Source: the human T2T-CHM13v2.0 reference genome, Homo sapiens. From it: a stretch of DNA of 64,000 bases. The position numbers and the translations under genes were made by a program. The first letter of the stretch is position 1. The number at the start of each line of letters is the position of its first letter. This document shows, in pieces, positions 1 to 15,279 of this stretch. Location of the stretch: the NCBI RefSeq assembly GCF_009914755.1, contig NC_060925.1. One strand, written 5' to 3'. A model generated the notes under the pieces. That model worked only from the letters and a program-made list of their open reading frames with translations. It was not told the origin of the DNA and ran no database searches.

Positions 1-151
1 AACTTGGAAAAATACACTTTAAATAAACTAGATAAAACAAGTTTGCATTTTTAGTAGAATGCTTGAAATCATGTTTTCAATTTAGGCTTCACTTCTGATA
101 AAATATCATATTGGCCATCACAAATTCAGAGACTCAAGTTAGAGTTCCACT

Positions 152-460
152 AGCCAGGTGCAGTGGCTCATGACTGTAATCCCAGCAGTACAGGAGGTAG
201 AAGCAGGCAGATTGCCTGCGCTCAGGAGTTCGAGACCAGCTGGGCCAACATGGCGAAATCCCATCTCTACCAAAAATACACAGAATTAATCGGGTGTAGT
301 GGCGCATGCCTGTGGTCCCAGCTACTTAGGAGGCTGAGGTGGCAGGATCACTTGAATTCCAGAGGCAGAGGTTGTAGTGAGTTGAGGTGACACCACTGCA
401 TTCCAGCCTGAGTGACAGAGTGAGACCCCATCTCAAAAAAAAAAAAAAAAAAAGAAAAAA
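152..460 (+). mobile_element. AluJ SINE
   Basis: Dimeric Alu, heavily diverged, J-type positions (GGATCACTTGA, GACCCCATCTC), A tail. Confidence 0.9.
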
Positions 461-1934
461 GAACTCTACTAAAGTTTCCATATCTTTTCGAGTTTGTATT
501 CTTGGCCTAAGATATTTCAAATCTAAAGAGATAAAAAATTACATAATTGGCCAATGTAAGCTTCATTTCTAGTATCACTTCCAACTATTTCTATTGAAAT
601 TGGACAAAGAAAACAAATAGTAAAAATAGCTACAAAAAATGATTCTGGGGAAATGAAGTTATTCGGGGCCAGTCTACAATAACGAAAAAAAAAAAAAAAA
701 AAAAAGAAACCAGTCCTAACAAGGAAGAATTTTAGTGAAAATAGGAGTTACATATTCATCAATAGTCGCAGACCTCCATGGTCAAAGCCTTGTGGATTAT
801 ATTGTTTACTTTTTAAAAGATTGTTTCTGTTGGAGATAAAAAGAGGACCAAAACCATTTGAAGGTAGAATTCCAGAGGGCTGAGAAACAAACACAGCACC
901 ACTCATATAATCCTGATTTGGTGAAATAAATTATATTTTATGCTAAGTAGTATTTTCATTATTTCTTGCTTATGAGAAATACTTCAAGCTAGCTCACCCT
1001 AAATGATTTCATGTGCAAGTCATTGAAACGTCATTGAAACCTCTAGCCCTAAACACTATCTTCCAAATATGTCACAAGAATCTAGAGGGAATTAAATAAA
1101 ATTTCTTTTCAATGATTTTTTTAATTATTGGATTTACTATCTCTTATGCAATACTAGCTAAAACATCTTCTGTTAACTGGCATGCAGGCAGATATTAGAG
1201 GAAAAGTAATTGAGTAATGACTTTTTAAATGAATCTAACCATGTTCTTACCTAATATAATTTAATAAATACTTATTGTCTTGTGCTTATTAGAGGAATCA
1301 TTCAAAGGCTTTGCCAGTATCTAAAATCTAAAGGAAATTCTAAAGGTATGAGTCTACCATGCTTTGTTTAGTACTTTTATGATGACTGTGGACTATTTTA
1401 ATGTGGGTCAGCCAAAAAGTGACCCTTCCATATCTAAAACTCCGCATACAATAATGTCAGGAATAAATGCTAAGTGGAATAACCAACAGGAAGACTCCAC
1501 TATTAAATAGGAGTCTAGCTTCACTGCATATCTGAAAAAACATATTGGCAGGTCTACCTGCAAGAAAACTATTTAGTTTTGTCATCTGATTTTACTAAAG
1601 TCAGAAATGTGGCATCACACAGTGGAATGAAAAATACCTCCCATTTAATTAAATATCCTGTTGGTCAAGTATATGTCCACACTAAAGCATTATTCAATAT
1701 ACAAAGCACTGGTTTTTACTGTTGTACATAAATAGCCATAGAGAAAATTGTATGATTAATTAAATGTGCTATATAGTGACTCGCTGTGGCTAAATAAATA
1801 ACCTTTGTCTATGCAGAAAATTTACACATTAGCAACAAATGATGCAAAATAGATGTGGGAAATCAGAAACCAAAATTTTCACTTTTCCTGGTTACAGTAT
1901 AGAGTGTCAATAGTTCATACACATGCTACATTAA

Positions 1935-2385
<451 letters not shown>

Positions 2386-2649
2386 AATCATGTACAGTTT
2401 TTAGTGGAGTTGGCAGTACCCAGAGAACTGCCTGTGTACTGATGTTCTTTTTATTCCTGCTTTGTGACCTAACCTCACTAAAGTTAATACGTCCTACTTT
2501 TTACTACATTTAAAAAGGAATAAAAAAAAAAAGCGAGAGAGAAGACAGAGAGATAATTGAAAGAGTAAGAGAAGGAACCAGGAGCCCGCGATAACATGAA
2601 ATGGCAGCTAAGGAAATTATGTTTCCAGGGAGATGATGTTACCTAGTCT

Positions 2650-3040
2650 CGGAAACAAACTGTCTCCAAACTTAATGCCTTAAAATAACAGCTGCGTATT
2701 TGCTCATGATTCCGTGAGTTGGCACTTTGGGCTGGGCTCAGCTTAGAAGAATTGTCTTTGCTCACTCATGTCCTTTGTCGGGGCAGGTGGCATGACTGAC
2801 CCTTCCCTCTCCTGGTTCTCTGTCAACCTCCAGAAGGCGAGCGGAAGCTGTTGGTTTTGTTTTGAAATGTGGCAAGAGATGCACCAGAGAACAATCTTGC
2901 TTCAGCAAGACCTTTTAAAGTATCTACTGGCTCTACATTTGCTGACATCCCATTGATCACACTCAGAGGAAATATAGGAGAGATTCAAACAAATGCCAGA
3001 GTGGTGAGAAACACTAGTTATTGGACGCAATTATTGTAAC
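2650..3040 (-). mobile_element. Old MLT1 (ERVL-MaLR) LTR
   Basis: 'ccaaacttaatgccttaaaataaca...gctcatgattccgtgagttggcactttgggctgggctcagct' resembles the MLT1 LTR antisense consensus. Confidence 0.55.
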
Positions 3041-3184
3041 CATCGACCCCAAATGCTATAGAACACATTGTCTAAGTACCATTTGATGTGGTACTTGGAG
3101 ACAAGTTTTAGAAGTAAGTGTGGGGTAAACAAAAAAGATTGAAAATGTTTTGTTTTGTTTTGTTTTTTAAAAAAGAAGAAGATG

Positions 3185-3484
<300 letters not shown>

Positions 3485-3519
3485 GATGATGAAGAGAATA
3501 GGAAAGGAGGATTAATTTC

Positions 3520-3946
<427 letters not shown>

Positions 3947-4454
3947 TCAGCAGTTTTGTTGCCTGTGAAGAGTTATAGAGAGGAAGAAATAAAAGTTCTG
4001 AGAGATAAAGCACAGCTATTCCCTAGGCAAAGATTGGTAGATGGAAAAGAGAAAGCTAACTCTGGTCTCCCTGAGCCCTGAACTGAGTGAGGTGTGAAGG
4101 AGTGGAAAGTTTATGCCTGCGCGTTAATGATTAGACATGGTAATAATGCAGGAGGGTGTTTATCTGCACAGCGATAGAGCCAATGCTCAAACTTCCTTGC
4201 CTCCCTTGCCTTACATCTTTTTGCAGCTGTGGAGCTCTCCAAAGCTCTGGGAGAATTACCTGATTCACCACCTGCTATAATTGGATTATGAAGACCAATG
4301 ATGCTGTAGAGCCCCTGGCCCTCAGAGCAGGATCTCTACATGATTTTTGATTTACAGAATTCCCAATTGAGAGGAAAAGAATATTTTCCATACCCTTGCA
4401 GTTTAATCCTTGAGAGTTCAAACAAAGATTATTTGCCCCAAAAAGAATATATAC

Positions 4455-4457
<3 letters not shown>

Positions 4458-4493
<36 letters not shown>
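4458..4493. repeat. (TG)18 microsatellite
   Basis: Read directly. Confidence 0.97.
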
Positions 4494-4494
<1 letters not shown>

Positions 4495-5954
4495 TATTTA
4501 TGTAGTTGTAGTTGAATGGTCTAAAAAGTCAAGAACCATTTAATTACTAAAAGTGTGCTTAATGTTTTTTTCAATATAAATTAGTACCTGAGCCTTCCCC
4601 TCACATATATTTGTCTTATCAGACTCTACTGACACCACTGCTAATAAATTATATGACAATCACTGTGCAGTGTTCAGTGGAAATACAAATATGGGCTCTG
4701 TCTTGTCTTGGGATGATTTAGAATGTTGGTTGATTACTCTCCTGATACAGTGTTTATATATACAATTTCCCACACTTCCTGTGCAGTCATTGATATGAAT
4801 AGCTTCAGGGAAAAAAAATCTAAATGCTTGCCAAAGGATTTTGCAAAATCACTAAAATAATATAATCACTAATTTTGTTTTCAAATGTTAGTGAGTCAGA
4901 AGAAAGAAAAGTTCATCTTCCCACTATGATTTCGGGAAATCTCCACCACCACTTTTGTTTCCAAACCTGAAGAAGCTAAGGAAAGACCTAGTTTACTGAT
5001 GGAAAAGAAAAACAATCCTGTGACATCAGTGAGAAGGACATAACAGGTTAAAGTTATAAAAACTCAACCCTCCTAGGGGAGAGAATGTGTTTTCTCACAA
5101 ATATTTAAGGCAGTCTGAGAACTGCCATTTACATCTTTTAAAAAATGCCAGCTGGGAGACTAGACAAGAATACTTTTGAGACTTATGTAGGCAAAAGAAT
5201 TATCTAGGAGCCATATTTTCACAAATGAAGATTCCTGACCCCTTTATCTTTCTTCCCAAAAGCTCTTAATTTTTGAAAACACCTTTAGTATTTATAATAA
5301 AGGTGTTTCTTGGGCAAAACTTTGGGAAATGTGAATTAAACATGTAGTCTACTGTGCTCTTTCCAGGTTTGCAGCCTATACCTCTCCAAGTCCTCATGGT
5401 TGCACTTGGAACATCTACCCTCTTCCCACAGATAGGTTTGCAGTGAAAAGGGTCTCAGTTTACACTGATGGATAATGCTACATCAATTTAGATGGCGTCA
5501 ATCAATTTTGTTTTAGGCGTCCGACCTGGCCTTTTACTATTTTCTTCAACTGGATCCAGGTGCCATTTGAAGGAAAGAGTGATGCCTCATGCTGGTTGCT
5601 GACACTCTTACCACCTGGACAGTATAAGGAAGAAGGGAGAGAGATGACAGAGTTGGCTTCCAATCCACTTCCATAATAAAGCACTTTCACAGTGTCATCA
5701 CTAAGGTCATCCAATGGGAGGAATAATCTGAATGGATCATGTCATCATCATTTTAATGTGCCATAAGACTCTAGCCTTAGGTAGCAAAGTGACACTCCTA
5801 CTGGAGGAAGGCGTGAAGGTGGATGAAGGTCAGAGTAAAATGCCTTCGCATTCACCTACCATTAAGGATGGAGTAAATTGCCTACCAACAAGTGTTCAGC
5901 AATCTCTGTCTCCTGGACTCCCTTCATTCTAGCCCCAAAGGAACTTGGATTTCA

Positions 5955-6310
5955 ATCAATGATAGCATTTATGGAATGACCCAGGGTTTGGCACTGAAGA
6001 TACAAACATGATTAAGATGCAGGTTCTGCTTTGAGGGACCCCAAACTCCCCAAAATCATAGAGAAATAAAACCATGGACATTGTAAGCATTAGAATAAAG
6101 ATACCTATAAAGCAATATGGGAGCATGAGAATAAATGTCTGTAGAGTTATGGAAAATTACACAGAGGAATTTAACATTTAACTGCGGCCTGAAGGATAAG
6201 AGGCTGGTCCTAAGCAGTGAAGAAGAAATGATACTACACATAGAAGGTGCTGGATATGGGACAGCACAGAAGAGTGACAGAAGGTGGCATTTCAGGGACC
6301 TGATGTAGCT
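5955..6310 (-). mobile_element. L2 LINE fragment
   Basis: Degenerate L2-like 'ggcactgaagatacaaacatgattaagatgcagg' segment. Confidence 0.4.
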
Positions 6311-6526
6311 GTATACAAAATGTGGTGCTGGAGAACCACCGCTGCTTTCAGCTCAGGTAAGAAGAGTGACGCCATCAAGAGATTAATTCAATGAGTCAAT
6401 ATTTAATAATCCCTGCAAGAGGTGTTTGTAAAATAATAAAATAGAATAATATAAACACTTCATAAATGTGTCACAATGAAAGTTTATCTTTTATTCTTTT
6501 AAAAAATATATCAAGACCTTTAAGGG

Positions 6527-6550
6527 CACACACACACACACACACACACA
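6527..6550. repeat. (CA)12 microsatellite
   Basis: Read directly. Confidence 0.97.
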
Positions 6551-7044
6551 CTCTAATTCATTGAAAGCTCATCTCATTAAATTAGTATATCCAGTAACTC
6601 TGACTGATGTGTCACGTATGGAATTTCTTTACAGCCAACTGTCACTCCTTTACAGCAGTTGAGAAAGGTCTAGAGTCACATTGGGTCTTCAGTGTCTGCA
6701 CAGGTTTTGAATCCGTTTCATTTGAGAGCATAATGATCGCAAAGAGGACCTTGAATAGACCCGCTCTGAAGAACTAATCAAGAAGAAATTCCCCAAATCA
6801 GTTAACCACTTCATTCCCTTTGTGATAGGAAAAGATGACAGAAGAATACAATATAGAAATGAATTCCTGGTTACTATCCGTTCCAATAAATTTGGTTTAA
6901 TTGGCTCAGCTCTAATTAAGAGACATAAGCCTAAAAGAGGGATTACAGGAACATAAAAAAGTGTATTGAAATGCAAATGCACCATAAACTTGAGGAAGTT
7001 GTCTTTTAGAGAAATTTAGAACTATCCAGTTTCTAATTTTTATC

Positions 7045-7772
<728 letters not shown>

Positions 7773-7989
7773 CTTGGATGCTTTTCATGGCCTCAAGGTC
7801 TCAGAATTTCTTTGACTGTGTTGTGAATTTCTTCTTAACCTCCTCTTATAGATTCTAGTTCCATCTAGTCTCTCCCAATCACACCTATTTACGGCTACAT
7901 ATATGTCCTGAAATTTTCACAGTAATCAGTAATGTTGGTTTAAGCTTGAAGATTGTCTTTCTTTCTAGATCTTTAGCATTCTGTTTTTA

Positions 7990-8520
7990 TGTTTTAATTT
8001 TTTATTGATAAGTTGTAGCAGTATATACATATGGGATACAATGCAGTGTATTGACACACGTATAAAATGTGGCATGATTAAATAAAGCTGATTCACATAT
8101 CCATCACCTATTGTTCACTTACCTATTGTTTGTCATGATGAGACATTCAAAATATATAATATGTTATTAGTTGGTTAACTTGAAATCTATAACACGTTAT
8201 TATTGACTACATTCCCCGTAGTGTGCAATAAATATCAAAACTTATTCCCCCTGTCTTAAACTCTGTGCCCTTTGATTAACAACTCTCCAATCCCCTGTCT
8301 ATCAGAAACTTCATAAGATCTTTGTATTATTTGGTCAAAACATCCCATTCCTCCCCTCCCTCCCCAGCCCACTCCCAGCCTCTGGTAACCATAGTTCTAC
8401 TCTCCACTTTTATAAATTCAACTTTATTAGATTTCACATATAAATGAGACCATGTGGTATTTGTCTTCCTGTGCCTGGCTTATTTTACTTAGTCTGATAT
8501 CCTCCAGATTCAACCATGTA
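7990..8520 (-). mobile_element. L1MA-type LINE-1 3' end
   Basis: 'gcctctggtaaccatagttctact...atttgtcttcctgtgcctggcttatttt' L1MA 3'UTR motifs. Confidence 0.8.
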
Positions 8521-8569
8521 TCTTGCTTTGCCCAATAAATGAGAGCTGCTATGTTGGGTGAAAGTCGTG

Positions 8570-8772
8570 GAGCGTATGCATTATCTGTGTTTTCTTTCCC
8601 CTTGGCATAGAGGTAACTTGCTTGTTGCCCTAAGGACAATGTGGAGCAAAGTCCCAGGCAGCCTAAAGAAACATGTAGTTGAGCAAGAAGTAAACCTTTT
8701 ATGTCCAAATCACTGAAATTTGGAAATGATTTATTATCTACTACTGAAGCATAGTGTGACTATAACTGATAA
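8570..8772 (+). mobile_element. MLT1 LTR 3' fragment
   Basis: 'gagcaagaagtaaacctttt...cactgaaatttgg...taactgata' resembles the MLT1 3' end. Confidence 0.45.
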
Positions 8773-9025
8773 AATTCTTATTTATAAAAAATTTTAAAAC
8801 ATGTCCATGATATATTTTAAAGTGAAGATGGTAGAATTGTGTGTATATTAGAATTGAACTTAAACAGAAAAAAGATATGCTCATATGAGACCAAAAAAAT
8901 TATTGATGTATAGACATGAAAATGTTAACAATTAGTAAGCTATGGGAAGTAAGAAATTATGAGGAGGAGGTGGAGAGTATTTCTTTCTACATATTGTACT
9001 TTCATTTTTTAAAACAAGAAGCAGG

Positions 9026-9319
9026 GGTCAGGTACAGTGGCTCATGCCTGTAATCCTAATACTTTAGGAGGCTGAGGCAATATGATAGCTTGAAGCTGGA
9101 AGTTTGAGACCAGCCTGGGCAACATAGCGATATCCCATCTCTACAAAAACTAAAAATAATTTAGCAAGATGTGGTGATGTATGTCCATAGCCCTAGCTAA
9201 TCAGCAGGCTGAGGCAAGAGGATCACTTGAGCCCAGGAATTCAAGACTGCAGTGAGCTATGATCATGCCACTGCACTCCGGCTTGGGTGATAGAGTGAGA
9301 TCTCCTCTCAAAAAAAAAA
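9026..9319 (+). mobile_element. AluJ SINE
   Basis: J diagnostics: GGGCAACATAG, GAGCCCAGGA, GAGCTATGATC. Confidence 0.9.
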
Positions 9320-9504
9320 GAGAAACAGGTACTATTTCTAAAGTTTAGTTAAGAAAAATTTATCCTGATTAACTAGACAATAAACCATATAATAACTCTA
9401 AGTTTATTGAAAAGTATTATATATGCATGAGAATAAAATGATTAATAAATGTGAATAGCAAGTCCAGAGAAGATTTAAATAGAATTCAGAGTTAAATGAG
9501 TTTA

Positions 9505-9584
9505 TTTGGTCGGTGCAAAATCAATTGTGGTTTTTGCCATTGCTTTTAATTGCTTTTAAAAGTAATGCTTTTACACCAATCTAA
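9505..9584. mobile_element. MADE1 (Hsmar1-derived mariner MITE)
   Basis: TA-flanked; GGTGCAAAA..AATTG.GGTTTTTGCCAT left arm and CTTTTACACCAATCTAA right arm; internal deletion. Confidence 0.85.
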
Positions 9585-9589
9585 TATTT

Positions 9590-10420
9590 CAATTCTGTGC
9601 AGCAAGAAATGTTTATTCAATGAATCAAGTTGATACATTGGTTAAACGTGAAAAAGATTACGTGAAATCCACACCTTCTCTTTTTAGCAAAATAAATTTT
9701 AAATTGAGACAGTTATAAATTTAATAAAATAAATCACATAGGCAAATGATGAATGTTTAATGAATTGGGAGGGCTTTCTAACTGTGATGCCAAGGCCAGA
9801 AAGAATTATGAACAAATTGATAGATTTGATTACATAATACATACACACATATATAAATCACAAAATAAAAGAAATTTTGCAACATATCAAGCTGTGCCCA
9901 ATCAAAAATGTGTAAGTCTACCCAATAGCACAGCAATTACATTCATTCCTGGGTTTAATTTACCAAAGATTACTATATTTTTTGCACAAATGGACTGTTA
10001 GGGTGAATCTGGGTGCTCATCCCCGGGATATTAGAAATGGAAATTATGATGAGTAAATAGCATGTAATATTTTGCAAACGTTAGAAGAAACAATTACTAG
10101 ATATACACCAAGCAATATGGATTAATATTTTACAAAGCATTGTGATAAATGAGAAAATTATAAAATAGAATAAGTTCTAAACATAGCCATTTAAGTGAGC
10201 TAAGTACGTGTGTGTGCAAAAGAACAACATATGTACAAGAACACATGCGAACAAAAACTGTACAGTAAGTAGTTTAAAATGTACAGGGAATTGTGTAGGG
10301 GGAGATGAGAGATGGAAGGGGGGACATGGATGTATCAACAAATATAAACAACAAACAAAGAACAAAACAGGATTGGACTTTTCAGAGATCACTGATAATT
10401 ACGTTCTTTCGTGATGATGA
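9590..10420 (+). mobile_element. Old L1ME fragments
   Basis: Degenerate A-rich L1 ORF2/3'UTR-like sequence. Confidence 0.4.
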
Positions 10421-12980
10421 GTATAATTAGCTCAACTCAATGCACTTGAAGTTCAAAAAATATATTTGTATTTTTTTTAAAATAGGCTAAAGAATGAGCT
10501 AATAAATTAATAGCTAATAAATATGAATAATAAATACATGAAAACATTCACTTTGACTAGCAATTAAATAATAATAATAATACAGAAGTTTATATGTGTT
10601 TATTTATTGACCTGTTTATTGAGAAGTGGGAGAAAAGATGGTATTTAGAAATATTATTCTTAATGGCACTAGAAAGTAGTAGAAACTTTTTGGACTACTC
10701 AGATAAGTGTCAACAATACCTGAACAAAAGTTTTGATTATAACATTGATTGTAAAGGCTAATAGTTGGGTGAGAACTAGTTAACACTTTGGGGTTTGTTC
10801 AAACAAATTCTTCATCAAACAAATGAGTATTATGTAGCCTTTGAGGGTTGATGAGATAGAGGATTTTTTCTCTTTGTCCCTATATATTATTAAATCATGT
10901 CACATTGAAATGCACTATTTTCTGCAAAACATGTAATAAGTAAATTTTTAAAATTCAACTAAAATAAATTTGAGGGTACACTAAAAATTCAACAATTCTG
11001 GGAGAAAAGTTCTGCAGTTTACATTCTGTTCTATGACCAGTAAAGTATTAGAATTTTAATATATTTTATGTTGCTTCTTTCACATAAATATCTTAAAATT
11101 GGCTTTATTGGCTTATAACTTCATACGTTTCCTTCCCATAATTAAGAAATGTTTGTGATTGCTGTTAAAACTCTAGATTTTAGACTATAGTTAAGTGGGA
11201 AAAAATACACTTATTTTTGCATTAAAAAGGCTTTTAAAAAACATGCACTAAGCCAGGTTAAAATGTTTCCTGCCTAGGAAATAGCATAAAAAGCATTTTT
11301 TCCCCCATTAAGTTAATGCAGTAGTACATTTTGATAAATGTAAATTGAAATAATTCCAAATCTGATATATGTAATGTGAATTCTTGATTTGGAAAGTAAT
11401 TTATGACCAGCAGTTATTTTTTAAACACAAATATTACTTTTTTTAAAGCTAATCAGAACTTTCAGATATGTCATACTGAAAAGCCTGTACTCTGATAACA
11501 TTTATTCCCTATGATATGGAAAAAGAGAATCGTTTCTATTCTGGAACAAATGCTGAAGACACTGCACGCCTTTGCTTGGCTCTCTTGGTTAATGAATGTG
11601 TTACTTAAAATAATAATTTGCTCTTCAAATCATCTGGCCACACAGACCCATATTTCCCCCCATACAATGCTGTTTTGCTGATATTAGATTTACTTACCTT
11701 TTAACGGGATATTTATGCTATTTCCATGAACACACTCATCTACAAAGATACAAATTATCCAAGTAACAATACATAAGAGACCCGCATGGAGGTCTGGGTT
11801 AGCTGTGTACAGAGAAAGATGCAGGGCTGGAGCAGAGCTGCATCCTGATATGAGAGTCTATCACTTTTTTCCCCCTCTGAAGCTATGGGGAATGAAGAAT
11901 TCACTCTTTTATTCGTGGCGTGATGGCAGTTCAAGGTTTTATTGAGGATGTGGTCTGGCAATGGTATTCTGCAACCCACGCACAAAACATAGCACTAAAA
12001 TCTTTATAATTAACTGCATATGATTTAGCAGGGTCATTTAGAAGGATGATTCATCTGCAGTAGGTGTAAACTGGCTCACTAAATCTAAAGCTTAGAGGGA
12101 AAGACAAGACAGAATAGTTTCTTGATTCCACTTTAGGCTAATAGCCAGGTGACTCAGAGTCCTTACGAGCCCTGATTCAAGCTTCATTTCTCAGCACTGT
12201 TAGCTGCTGGAGTTACATGCCCAACAATTCATCTTTTTGCATCTCAGCTATGTAAGTCTCTAAAACCAGTTTTTATCAGGGGTCTAGGGATTGTGCTACC
12301 TGTAAGTCTATGCTCCAAACTACTAATATTTTTCTTCATTCTTCTTTGAATTTGAATGTGTGTTTATGTCTAAGGTTTTTTTTTTTTCTCCCAGTTTAAT
12401 TACACGTTTTGGTAAAATTGTGCAGTGGGCACTGCTTCTCTTCAGTGTCTTTCCATCTTCGTGCAGGCTGGTCATGTCCTGTCTTCTAATGCTACCTGAG
12501 CCCTAGCACTCCAGGAATTCCATTATAACAGACTCTTTCTCCAGGCATCTCTTGAATTCTACAAAAATCTTTAACGTTTTCTCTTTACACTCTGCTTTCA
12601 GCAAGCTGCCAATTAGAAAAGATCTGAAAATATCATCCTCTAAGTGGTTAGTAGCTCACAGTAGTTCACTGTATTCTCCTCAGGAGAACTTGCACTGCAA
12701 AAGGGAATGGATCATTGACTTTAGGCAATGTTCCACAACTAAGGACAGCAGAGTCTCCTGGAATGAACTTTTAGAAATGCAGATTCCTGGGCTGCCAGAA
12801 TAAGAATACATGCTTTCAAGAATCTTCCAATCTTCCCAGATTGGGAAATGACAACTATTAGCCTGGAACAATCAAACATTTGGATATCACCATATTCAGG
12901 TACAAAGTTAGGGTTAAAGCAAAGGCTATTTGTAACCTCAAGTACTTTCTACCATACCTCCTAAAGAAATTGTGTATGCA

Positions 12981-12983
<3 letters not shown>

Positions 12984-13013
<30 letters not shown>
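12984..13013. repeat. (CA)15 microsatellite
   Basis: Read directly. Confidence 0.97.
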
Positions 13014-13017
<4 letters not shown>

Positions 13018-13847
13018 AGTGCTATAATTTGGTCCCATGCCAAATGTCAAGAAGAATAGAGTCAAGTAATAAGCAATATCCATCCACTGCAACCTTTGGG
13101 ATAAACTATACTCTTGGTTAGCTCAGGATCAAGCGTAAAAACATTCCATTGAATGTATATTACAAATTAGTTACATCTCTTGTTTGGAGGGAACTGCATT
13201 CACTTCACCAGCAAGGGTATCTTTTTGATACTGTTGACTGTTCACATAACCCAACAACAGTCTTTTCACAGTATTTTTGTTAGTTTATTACAAAACCTTT
13301 TATTGTTATTGTGTTTTATAAATTCCAATGCAATGAAATACATTCTACTCTTTGTATTACTACTGTTAACATTTTAATGACTATCTCTGCATTCTTTCAT
13401 TTATTATTTCATTCATTCATTCAGCAAATATTCCAGGAACTATTCTAAGCTCTGCAAACAAGCTACATAAAGCCCACATACTCAAGATAGCATTATAATG
13501 GTGCAGGTAAAAATGAAACACATAAGTTCCATGAAAATGTCAAACATGATTAATGGGACTCAGATGTCCTAGGGGAAGGAATGCTACTTTACATTGAAGA
13601 GTAAGGTGAGGCCTTTGCAAACATGTTGCATTTGAGCTGATACCTGAATGATAAGAAGGAGCCACTCGTGAGATGCTCTGGGGAATTGAAATCTATACAG
13701 AGGCAATGATTGTGCAAAGACCTAGGGTGGGAATAAGCTTGGCATACTTGAGGATTAGAAGGAAAGTCAGTTTGATTAGAGTATGATAAAAAATATGGAG
13801 ACCGATAGCTGAGGTGGGAGAAGTATTAAGGCCTAAGCCACATATAG

Positions 13848-14140
13848 CTGTACTGTCCAATACAGGATCCACTGGGCACATGTAGCTACTGAGCACCTGA
13901 AGTCAAGCTACTCTGAATTGAGGTGCACTCCGGGTGTCAAACACAAATGTAGACTGGATTCTGAAGATCTAGTATAAAGAAAGTATACAGTATATCTCCT
14001 AATAATTTTATATGGATTATGTATTGTAATGATAATTTAGAGATACATTGGATTAAATTAAAATATTATTACTATTAATTCACTTGTTTTACTTTTTCTA
14101 AAGTGCTTATTAGAAAATGTTACATTATGTATGTGGCTTA
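13848..14140 (+). mobile_element. MER33 (hAT-Charlie) DNA transposon
   Basis: 'ctgtactgtccaatac...cacatgtagctactgagcacctgaa...aattgag...ttagaaaat...atgtggct' matches MER33. Confidence 0.8.
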
Positions 14141-14236
14141 ACTTAAAGCCTTGTATGTCATAGTCAGAAGTCTCGGTTTAAGCAGAATGAGAAATATTTA
14201 AAAGATTCTAAAGAGGCGTTACAATATGAATTACCG

Positions 14237-14335
14237 TTTTTTGGTTGTTTTGTTGTTGTTGCTGTTTTAAGACAGGGCCTCACTCCCGTCACCCAGGCTG
14301 GAGTGCAGTGGTGTAATCACGACTCACTGCAACCT
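14237..14335 (-). mobile_element. 5'-truncated AluJ fragment
   Basis: Only the 3' ~65 bp of the right arm, plus a (TTG)n tail. Confidence 0.85.
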
Positions 14336-15149
14336 GAGATATAGAAAACAGGGATGATTTTAGTTGTCATTATGAGTAAATGGATGGTTGGGGGCCATTC
14401 TATGGGATGGAGAAGACTGGGATGGGAGTGTACTTGAGAGCAGGAGAAACAAGGGTACTATTTTGGAAATATGTTGAGATGTCTGTTGAACATCTGAGTA
14501 AGCTCTTCAATAGGGAAGTCATGCAGAGGAGGAGAAATAGACCAAGAAAGAGGAACCTAGTAATTGCGAGAAAGTAAGTGCTTGGTGGTATCGCAGAAGT
14601 CAACCAAATAACTTGTTTCAAAGACCAGAGAGCGGTTTACGATGTCAAGTACTGTTCAGCAGGCAAGGAAGATGTGAACAGAGACCTGGTCATCGCATCT
14701 GGCAATATGGAGATAGTTGATAATCTTGATAAGAGCAATTTGTGATGGTGGTAGCAATGCCAGTCCAACTAAAGTATATTGAAGAGTAAATGGGAGCTAA
14801 TAAAATTGGAAATAAAAAAATAGAACTTAGCAGATCTTTGAAGATTTGCTGTGGGCAGATAAAGGGAATAAGAGCTGGAGACACACTGTAAGTTTTTTGA
14901 ATTTAAGACTGATTAGAGCTTATCTGTGTGCTAAGGGGGATTATTCAGTAAAGCGGAAGAAAAATGATGCAGTAGAGAAACAGAATCATTGTAGACAAAG
15001 GGTTCTAGAGTAAACTAATTGGAATGGGATTCAGACCTCAAATGCAGGATTGGCCTTTGATAAGGTTCTGATGCTTCTCCTACTACATCTGAAGATAAGA
15101 CTGAGTAGATGAGTACAGATATAGGAGGGTATTTTTCTCCCCACCTTCC

Positions 15150-15151
<2 letters not shown>

Positions 15152-15187
<36 letters not shown>
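15152..15187. repeat. (TG)18 microsatellite
   Basis: Read directly. Confidence 0.97.
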
Positions 15188-15192
<5 letters not shown>

Positions 15193-15224
15193 AAACCCCC
15201 TCTCATACCAACTTTTCACATTTG

Positions 15225-15259
15225 TGCAGTCAAACGCTCTGCCACTGAGCTACACCCCC
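15225..15259 (-). pseudogene. tRNA-Cys(GCA) 5'-half retropseudogene (tailless)
   Basis: Minus strand GGGGGTGTAGCTCAGTGGCAGAGCGTTTGACTGCA is 32/35 identical to human tRNA-Cys GGGGGTATAGCTCAGTGGTAGAGCATTTGACTGCA; ends at the anticodon; flanks acatttgt/aaatttgt. Confidence 0.85.
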
Positions 15260-15279
15260 AAATTTGTAACACTTGGACA

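Larger units (their letters stand above)
13405..15110 (-). mobile_element. L2a LINE, interrupted by MER33 and an Alu fragment
   Basis: ATTCATTCATTCAGCAAATATT antisense L2 3' terminus followed by L2 body motifs. Confidence 0.65.

Noticed and set aside
685-705. Orphan poly(A) as the tail of a processed pseudogene
   Set aside because: No recognisable upstream body and no TSD
15225-15259. Functional tRNA gene
   Set aside because: No T arm, B box or 3' acceptor strand
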